Source: Bacteroidaceae bacterium (GTDB lineage Bacteria; Bacteroidota; Bacteroidia; Bacteroidales; Bacteroidaceae). From it: a DNA stretch of 64,000 nt. The notes under the pieces were generated by a model. The model did no database searches, was not told where the DNA came from, and saw only the letters and a program-made list of their open reading frames with translations. The position numbers were made by a program, and so were the translations under genes. Shown here one piece after another: positions 58,601 through 64,000 of this stretch (its first letter is position 1; every line of letters starts with the position of its first letter). The stretch spans positions 1,348,615 to 1,412,614 of the forward strand of contig OY787448.1 in NCBI GenBank assembly GCA_963678855.1, read 5' to 3'.

Positions 58601-58709
58601 TGTCGGCTTTTTTACCGATACGGTAGGTAACTACAGAGAATGACAAGTAGAACAAGCATACGAGAGTCAATGCCATTGCAAAGACTTTTACGAATCCTTT
58701 GTTTTGCAT
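55692..58709 (-). CDS. secDF: protein translocase subunit SecDF (fused)
   Basis: 1,005 aa. N-terminal TM, large periplasmic domain, SecD TM bundle (GIAGMVLTLGMAVDANVLIYER), then the SecF half (GYSINDKVVIFDRIRE). Confidence 0.95.
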   Translation of the reverse strand: MQNKGFVKVFAMALTLVCLFYLSFSVVTYRIGKKADKYAMVDGSVDQTKREHFIDSISKGTVWLWYDYKSCQKQEINLGLDLKGGMNAILQVEVADVLKQLSEDNQDAGFKTAIAEASKEQNHSQEDYVSLFMKHYNKQADKKPLAAIFATAKLRGVVTAKSTDAEVEKVLRDRVEDAVNNSFNVLRTRIDRFGVTQPRIQKLENKMGRIMVELPGVKDPERVRKLLQGSANLQFWTTYTQDLQAIAPFVNAAAQVAAEKANQSAAADTAKVEADAPATDDLKSKLAAETTEESVASQVASQDMRVAQMMAMFARQANSGRGPILGYVAKQDTALVMDCFRKSTVDAPKALALHWGVKAEKDRNGDPMGFALYAIKSSKSNRMLPALEGDVVTDARDEFDQRTSEPVVSMTMNTQGAKKWAKVTKDNINKCVAIVLDGTVYSAPNVNTEITGGSSQISGSFTPEEAKDLANVLKSGRMPAPAKIVSDDIVGPSLGAASIRAGFISFVVALVLLMIYMCMMYGLVPGMIANAALILNFFFTLGILASFQAALTMSGIAGMVLTLGMAVDANVLIYERTKEELRGGKGVKLALTDGYKNALSAIFDSNLTSIITGIILFNFGTGPIRGFATTLIIGIICSFFTAVFMTRLVYEHFMAKDKMLNLTFTSAFSKNMMVDSKFNFMGNAKKSFAVFGVLIVVALGFLFTRGMSQSIDFTGGRNYKVVFDQKVVPENIEKLVKAEIKTVAAADETKSADATVSVIALGGDGQTVRVSTNFDIENNSTEADNQMEAIIFKALKSKLAPSTTLEDFQNRDTAVGGSIVSSQKVGPTIAEDIKVSAVWSVVLSLLAIALYILFRFRNISYSVGSVLALTSDTLLIMGIYAIGWGWLPFSLEVDQTFIGAILTAIGYSINDKVVIFDRIREFFGLYPKHDKIQVFNDSLNTTLARTISTSVSTLIVLVCIFILGGDSIRSFSFAMILGVVIGTLSSLFLAAPIAYTMQKGMEKKA

Positions 58710-58853
58710 GTTACTAATTTTTATATAATCATTTTGTTACTTTACTTCGCTGAGGTGCAAATATAGCCTTTTTTTCGGCTTTACCATAAGAAGAAGGCGA
58801 ATAATTACTTGTATATAGGGATTTAGAGGCCTTTTCATGGCTATTATCTTCAT

Positions 58854-59972
58854 TTACTCACTGAATTGAAACTTACATCTCATAGGATAGTGGTCTGAAG
58901 CCGAAATTTTGCGATCTACGTGTGCAGAAAAGGGCTCAATATTTTCGCTCGTATACACATGATCAATACGTACATAAAAGTGATGTTTGTTGTATGTCGT
59001 CCCCACTCCACTGCCCACCTCTTCAAAGACGTTTGTCAAAGACTTTCGCAGCTCTCTATTGGTGTAAGACAATGGCGTATCATTCATATCACCAGCCACT
59101 AGAACATGTTGATAATTTTGCTTTAGACTATCAATTTTATGCTTCAGTAAATCGACTTGTTTTGCTCGTGTCACACTTGCTTCGGTTAGTCTTTTGGGAA
59201 TCTCATGTAGCTTAGTCATCACTTGCTCATCAGTGTACAAGCGTGAAATGGAATCAAACACCACACGATTCTCTTTTGTTAACTTATTTGAGCACAAATG
59301 AGTGTTAACGACAAGCAAAGTATCGCGATTATTTTTACCCATTGTCACAACGTAGCAGCGCACTTCGGGTAATATATCTTTCTCAGGGAAGCTCCACTTC
59401 TTGATAATAGGATATCTAGAGAAGAAGGCTAGACGATTCTTTTTAGCCGTATTATCATAATAGGGATAATCTGACAAAACTTTACGTAAATCTTTCGATG
59501 TAAAATAGCGGATATTCTTCGTGTACCCCACCTCTTGGAGACAAATTAAATCCTCTCCACATTGTCCCAAATAGTCACCGATCACATTACGTCCATTCTT
59601 TTTGTGATTGGTATTAAAGCCCATCACATTGTAGGTCAGCAGACTAAACTGACGACCTTGCTCTAGATTGATAAACCGTGAACTTTCTTTACCAAAATGA
59701 ACAGGGCAATACATGCTTAGAGCTGGAAAAGCTAAGGCAAATGCAAGTATAGCTACCCATGTAACTCTATGCCAGGTCACTATCCCTCCTATAAGCACAA
59801 TGAGATTTAGTAAAACAAAAACAGGAAACAATATACCAAAAGCTCCCACAAAGGATACTGATTCAGGGGAGATAAACGAAGAATAAGCAGTCAAAAGTAA
59901 TCCGATAGCACAGATTAGAGCAAAAATAAGCACAACTGTTTGGACAAATCCAATAAGGAAATTTCTAATCAT
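58854..59972 (-). CDS. membrane-anchored endonuclease/exonuclease/phosphatase (EEP) family protein
   Basis: 372 aa. About 4 N-terminal TM helices, then EEP motifs (LLTYNVMGFN, ICLQEV, VVNTHL, LVAGDMND, SDHYPM). Confidence 0.8.
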   Translation of the reverse strand: MIRNFLIGFVQTVVLIFALICAIGLLLTAYSSFISPESVSFVGAFGILFPVFVLLNLIVLIGGIVTWHRVTWVAILAFALAFPALSMYCPVHFGKESSRFINLEQGRQFSLLTYNVMGFNTNHKKNGRNVIGDYLGQCGEDLICLQEVGYTKNIRYFTSKDLRKVLSDYPYYDNTAKKNRLAFFSRYPIIKKWSFPEKDILPEVRCYVVTMGKNNRDTLLVVNTHLCSNKLTKENRVVFDSISRLYTDEQVMTKLHEIPKRLTEASVTRAKQVDLLKHKIDSLKQNYQHVLVAGDMNDTPLSYTNRELRKSLTNVFEEVGSGVGTTYNKHHFYVRIDHVYTSENIEPFSAHVDRKISASDHYPMRCKFQFSE

Positions 59973-59984
59973 ATCTAGTGTTTT

Positions 59985-60989
59985 TTATTGTTTTCCGTGG
60001 CGTTTGCTCACATCAAAGAGCTGTTGTTTTTCTTTCTTACTAAGGCTTTCATATCCATTTTTGCGTAGCTTATCTAAAATCGCATCAATTTCAGCCTCCT
60101 GTTCTTTCGATTGCGCATTATAATCCACATCTTGTTGGCGTTTACCACTAGATGCACTATTTCGATTTGATTGATAACGAGGGCTCGCTCCACGTGTCGC
60201 CTTCATCTTTGGTCGACGACCAGACGAAAGGTTACGTACAAAAGACACAAGCCAGTCTATTGCCCTATTTATAGGAGCAGTTATATCACGTCCTTTAACC
60301 ATACTCGTTGCAAATAAATATCCTACTAAAGCTCCTCCCAAGTGAGCGATATGTCCACCTCCATTACTACCACTTAGAAATAACAAATCGATTACGACCA
60401 AACCTATAGCTAAGTACTTCATCTTGATCGGACCAATAAAGAGCAAATTAATTTCAAAGTTGGGCATACCAATAGCAGCCGCTATTAAGAGTGCCAGAAT
60501 CGAAGCGGACGCGCCAACCAAAAACTGCACACTAGGCACAGTAGTGTAAAAGGGTAGTAAGTTGGTAGCTAGAAGAAATAAAGCAGCTCCACCAAGTCCA
60601 CCCAACACATACAACCCCAACATATGGCGTACTGTGTAGCGACGCAAGAAAATATCCCCAAACCAGTACAAAGTCAACATATTAAACAATATATGAGTGA
60701 TGCTCCCAAGGTCATGCATAAACATATACGTGATTAGGGTCCAAGGGCGAATCACAAGCAAACTAGGAGAAGAAGGTAGCGTAAGAAAATCAAATAAACC
60801 TGGTCCAACTAATACCTGCAAATCCGTACCACGGAAAAACAAGGTATAAATCACTTGTAAAAGACCAGTGATGCAGAAGATGGCTACATTGACATAAATA
60901 AGTTTTATCGTCATATTACCGTTTCGGTAACGTGCCAAAAGCTGAGAGAGTAAACTATTACTTTGCATACTTGTGTTTTTATCATTCAT
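59985..60989 (-). CDS. rhomboid family intramembrane serine protease (long form with basic/helical C-terminal tail)
   Basis: 334 aa. Rhomboid core (TYMFMHDLGSITHILFNML, VGASASILAL, GHIAHLGGALVG) plus about 90 aa of cytoplasmic tail. Confidence 0.82.
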   Translation of the reverse strand: MNDKNTSMQSNSLLSQLLARYRNGNMTIKLIYVNVAIFCITGLLQVIYTLFFRGTDLQVLVGPGLFDFLTLPSSPSLLVIRPWTLITYMFMHDLGSITHILFNMLTLYWFGDIFLRRYTVRHMLGLYVLGGLGGAALFLLATNLLPFYTTVPSVQFLVGASASILALLIAAAIGMPNFEINLLFIGPIKMKYLAIGLVVIDLLFLSGSNGGGHIAHLGGALVGYLFATSMVKGRDITAPINRAIDWLVSFVRNLSSGRRPKMKATRGASPRYQSNRNSASSGKRQQDVDYNAQSKEQEAEIDAILDKLRKNGYESLSKKEKQQLFDVSKRHGKQ

Positions 60990-60992
60990 AGA

Positions 60993-61679
60993 TTAGCGAC
61001 CGAAACGATCACGGTTCATCTTTTGGCGATGGGTATACGCCCAATGCCAGTAACGGATCAGCAAAAATCCAAAAAACATGCCACCTAGGTGAGCAAAGTG
61101 AGCAACCATATCTCCTTGACGTTGCGCTATAGCTAAATACATTTCTATGGCAACAAAACCAAAAACGGCATATTTAACACGAATCGGTACAGGTAATGGG
61201 AAAATAAACAACTGCTGATTTGGCCACATCATCGCATAAGCCAAAAGGATACCATACACAGCACCTGAAGCCCCGACCGTATATGCTGGGAATACATTCC
61301 AATAATACAATTGAACAAACTGTACGACCTCTTGAGTCAATGCAGCACCAATACCACAGACCAAGAAAAAGGTAAGGAAGCGTTTTGGTCCCCACACCAT
61401 TTCAATTTGGCGACCAAACATCCATAAGGCATACATGTTAAAGAAAACATGCCATAAGCCACCATGTAAAAACATGTACGTGATAGGTTGCCACAACTTA
61501 AAATATGGCGAAATCATTAACACACCTTCTTGATTTGTAGGGACCAACACAGGCGAAAGTCCACCAAATCGAGTGATCAAGTCTTCACCAAAAACAGTTG
61601 TAGAAACGAGTGACAACATGTACAGCAACACACATATAAGTATCAAAGTACGCGTAGTTGGAGGGGTATTATTCATCAT
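60993..61679 (-). CDS. rhomboid family intramembrane serine protease
   Basis: 228 aa. YMFLHGGLWHVFFNM, catalytic GASGAVYG, HFAHLGGMFFG. Confidence 0.88.
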   Translation of the reverse strand: MMNNTPPTTRTLILICVLLYMLSLVSTTVFGEDLITRFGGLSPVLVPTNQEGVLMISPYFKLWQPITYMFLHGGLWHVFFNMYALWMFGRQIEMVWGPKRFLTFFLVCGIGAALTQEVVQFVQLYYWNVFPAYTVGASGAVYGILLAYAMMWPNQQLFIFPLPVPIRVKYAVFGFVAIEMYLAIAQRQGDMVAHFAHLGGMFFGFLLIRYWHWAYTHRQKMNRDRFGR

Positions 61680-61756
61680 TTTTATTTTCTATACTTTTCA
61701 GTTAATCAAACTCTGAGAATATCAAGATTTATCACTGATACACTCATTTATCACCA

Positions 61757-61764
61757 CAAATGTA
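61757..61764 (-). promoter_or_regulatory. -7 promoter box (TACATTTG) for the rhomboid-rhomboid-EEP operon
   Basis: Minus-strand TACATTTG, about 78 nt upstream of the ATG at 61679. Confidence 0.4.
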
Positions 61765-61868
61765 GTGAAATTCTCTGTTTTTATGGCGATTTAGGCCTTA
61801 TAATGCACTTTTTTGAATGAAAGAAATCATTTTTTCACCTTTTCGTTTGGATTGTAATAAAGAAGAGG

Positions 61869-61876
61869 TATATTTG
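61869..61876 (+). promoter_or_regulatory. -7 promoter box (TATATTTG) for the HU gene
   Basis: Matches TAnnTTTG, 90 nt upstream of the ATG at 61966. Confidence 0.45.
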
Positions 61877-61965
61877 TACGTGACATGGTAGGATTTAACC
61901 ATTGTTCCAGATAAATTCTGTTCAAATCACAATTAAAATATTAACCCTTTAAATTATTATCTGTC

Positions 61966-62232
61966 ATGAACAAATCTCAATTGATTTCAGCAGTTGCTGA
62001 CAAGGCTGGTCTTAAAAAAGAAGACGCTAAAGTAGCTCTAGAAGCTGTACTTGATTCTATCACTGATGCACTTAAAGAGAATGAAAAGATTTCTCTAGTA
62101 GGTTTCGGCACATTCGCTGTATCTGAGCGCGCAGCTCGTACAGGTATCAACCCTGCGACTAAGGAAAAGATTCAAATTCCTGCTAAGAAGGTGGTTAAAT
62201 TCAAGCCAGGTTCTGAACTTCAAGACATTTAA
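61966..62232 (+). CDS. hup: HU family DNA-binding protein
   Basis: 88 aa. MNKSQLISAVADKAGLKKEDA, GFGTFAVSERAARTGINPATKEKIQIPAKKVVKFKPG. Confidence 0.93.
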   Translation: MNKSQLISAVADKAGLKKEDAKVALEAVLDSITDALKENEKISLVGFGTFAVSERAARTGINPATKEKIQIPAKKVVKFKPGSELQDI

Positions 62233-62263
62233 GATTCAATCTTGAAACATTATACAGACCCTA

Positions 62264-62306
62264 AGGGCATGTCTTTCGTATGAAGGACATGCCCTTTCTT
62301 GTTTTT
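62264..62306 (+). terminator. intrinsic terminator of the HU gene
   Basis: AGGGCATGTC-(12 nt)-GACATGCCCT followed by TTCTTGTTTTT. Confidence 0.8.
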
Positions 62307-62353
62307 ATACACACATTATAAAATAAGAAAGCCTGAATATGAGGAAAAAGCAT

Positions 62354-62361
62354 TATCTTTG
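62354..62361 (+). promoter_or_regulatory. -7 promoter box (TATCTTTG) for argS
   Basis: Matches TAnnTTTG, 38 nt before the in-frame ATG at 62399 and 68 nt before the ATG at 62429. Confidence 0.45.
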
Positions 62362-62428
62362 TGCCCGGATATACTCTTGCTCATAACAAAGCGAGGAAAT
62401 GCAAGAAAGAATAATAAATATACAACAT

Positions 62429-64000
62429 ATGAATATCGAACAAACTCTTAATGAAGCTGTTCAAAAAGCAATTGAAGTGCTTTATGGCCAGCAAGTAAAT
62501 GAGAAGCAAGTACAGCTTGGGCAAACAAAGCGTGAATTTGAAGGACATCTGACTCTTGTTGTCTTTCCTTTCTTAAAGCTCTCTCGTAAAAAGCCAGAAG
62601 ATACAGCTATAGAAATCGGTGAATACCTTGTAAAGAACACAAGCATTGTTGAGGACTTCAACGTTATCAAAGGTTTCTTGAACCTGACTATTAGTTCAGC
62701 AGCATGGATTGGTGTACTTCAAGCAGTTCATTCAGCGCCACGCTACGGTTGCGTAGAAGCTGATGACAATTCACCGCTTGTCATGATTGAGTATTCTTCA
62801 CCAAATACCAACAAGCCACTTCACCTTGGTCACGTGCGTAACAACCTACTAGGTCATGCACTAGCAGAGGTAATGGCTGCAAACGGTAACAAAGTGGTCA
62901 AAACAAATATTGTCAACGACCGTGGCATCCATATCTGTAAGTCTATGCTTGCATGGCAAAAGTTTGGCAACGGTGAAACTCCAGAAAGTGCAGGCAAGAA
63001 GGGTGACCACCTAGTAGGTGATTACTACGTGTCTTTCGACAAGCACTATAAAGCTGAACTTAAAGAGCTTATGGAGCGAGGCATGAGTGAAGAAGAGGCA
63101 GCAGCTGCTTCACCATTGATGCAAGAAGCTCGTGAGATGCTTATCAAATGGGAACAAAACGATCCAGAAGTACGTGCTCTTTGGAAACAAATGAACGAAT
63201 GGGTATACACTGGTTTTGATAAGACCTACAAGAAAATGGGCGTAGGCTTTGACAAGATCTATTACGAATCAGATACGTACCTTGAAGGAAAAGACAAAGT
63301 GATGGAAGGTCTTGATAAGGGCTTCTTCTTCAAAAAAGAAGATGGTTCTGTATGGGCTGACCTCGCAGGCGAAGGACTAGATCAAAAACTATTGTTGCGT
63401 GCTGATGGCACTTCTGTCTATATGACACAAGATATTGGTACTGCTAAGCTTCGTTTTGCAGACTACCCAATCGACAATATGATTTATGTCGTTGGTAACG
63501 AACAAAACTACCATTTCCAAGTACTATCTATCCTACTTGACAAGCTAGGCTTTAGCTGGGGTAAAGACTTAGTACACTTCTCTTATGGTATGGTAGAGCT
63601 ACCAGAGGGTAAGATGAAGAGCCGTGAAGGTACAGTGGTTGATGCTGACGACTTGATGGAAGATGTTGTCAAGATTGCCAAAGAGGTGTGTACCGAAGTA
63701 GGTCGTCTTGATGAATGTACTCCTGAAGAGGTCAACGAAATCGCTCGTATCGTAGGTATGGGAGCATTGAAGTACTTCATTTTAAAGGTAGATGCTCGTA
63801 AGAATATGACTTTCAACCCTAAAGAGTCTATCGACTTCAACGGTAACACTGGTCCATTTATTCAATATACATATGCACGTATCCAATCTGTATTGCGTAA
63901 GGCAGCAGAACAAGGACTAGAGATCCCTACTGAATTGGACACAGCTGTAGAAATCAGCGAAAAAGCGCAACAACTGATTCAAAGTATAGCTAAATTTGCA
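62429..64000 (+). CDS. argS: arginine--tRNA ligase (3'-truncated by the window edge)
   Basis: Absent from the ORF track because there is no stop in the window. My translation: MNIEQTLNEAVQKAIEVLYGQQV...IEYSSPNTNKPLHLGHVRNNLLG (HIGH motif)...VNDRGIHICKS...GDHLVGDYYV. The frame is open to position 64000. An in-frame ATG at 62399 is an alternative start. Confidence 0.9.
   Translation, partial: MNIEQTLNEAVQKAIEVLYGQQVNEKQVQLGQTKREFEGHLTLVVFPFLKLSRKKPEDTAIEIGEYLVKNTSIVEDFNVIKGFLNLTISSAAWIGVLQAVHSAPRYGCVEADDNSPLVMIEYSSPNTNKPLHLGHVRNNLLGHALAEVMAANGNKVVKTNIVNDRGIHICKSMLAWQKFGNGETPESAGKKGDHLVGDYYVSFDKHYKAELKELMERGMSEEEAAAASPLMQEAREMLIKWEQNDPEVRALWKQMNEWVYTGFDKTYKKMGVGFDKIYYESDTYLEGKDKVMEGLDKGFFFKKEDGSVWADLAGEGLDQKLLLRADGTSVYMTQDIGTAKLRFADYPIDNMIYVVGNEQNYHFQVLSILLDKLGFSWGKDLVHFSYGMVELPEGKMKSREGTVVDADDLMEDVVKIAKEVCTEVGRLDECTPEEVNEIARIVGMGALKYFILKVDARKNMTFNPKESIDFNGNTGPFIQYTYARIQSVLRKAAEQGLEIPTELDTAVEISEKAQQLIQSIAKFA

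Overview
The window looks like a core chromosomal segment of a Bacteroidota (Bacteroidales, probably Prevotellaceae-like) genome. The taxon call rests on recurring TAnnTTTG -7 promoter boxes, no Shine-Dalgarno dependence, a fused SecDF, a long-form IspG and a Bacteroides-type ArgF'. All calls come from reading the ORF translations and DNA by eye; no BLAST, HMM or Rfam search was possible.

Most of the 64 kb is housekeeping:
- An RND efflux tail (TolC plus adaptor), and a coiled-coil/zapA/rny operon.
- The B12-dependent succinate-to-propionate module, which is dispersed (mutA/mutB, meaB, PduO-type adenosyltransferase).
- menA, a PiT phosphate transporter, fbaA, ppk1-ppx, rpoN, gcvH, ispG and purE.
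- An argF'-proA-proB block, korAB, comF, upp, pckA and a GH2 beta-galactosidase.
- secDF, two tandem rhomboids plus a membrane EEP protein, HU, and a 5'-partial argS.
- Two tRNAs: Trp-CCA and Arg-CCT.

I found no transposase, integrase, CRISPR array, restriction-modification or recognisable defence genes.

The least-explained content is an envelope cluster at about 17.7-29.4 kb. It holds a 1,703-aa alpha-2-macroglobulin-like protein with no CxEQ thioester motif, followed by a DUF1573 protein. These are divergently transcribed from a non-SusC/D TonB-dependent receptor. The receptor is paired with an uncharacterised 771-aa lipoprotein made of two tandem ~363-aa modules, and the second module contains a G8 homopolymer.

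Other items worth a second look:
- A ~0.9-kb ORF-free A+T-rich region with a good promoter and a strong intrinsic terminator (candidate sRNA).
- A 66-bp perfect palindrome.
- A 2 x 44-bp tandem repeat with a compensatory swap.
- An orphan 59-aa HicB-like ORF that is missing from the ORF track.
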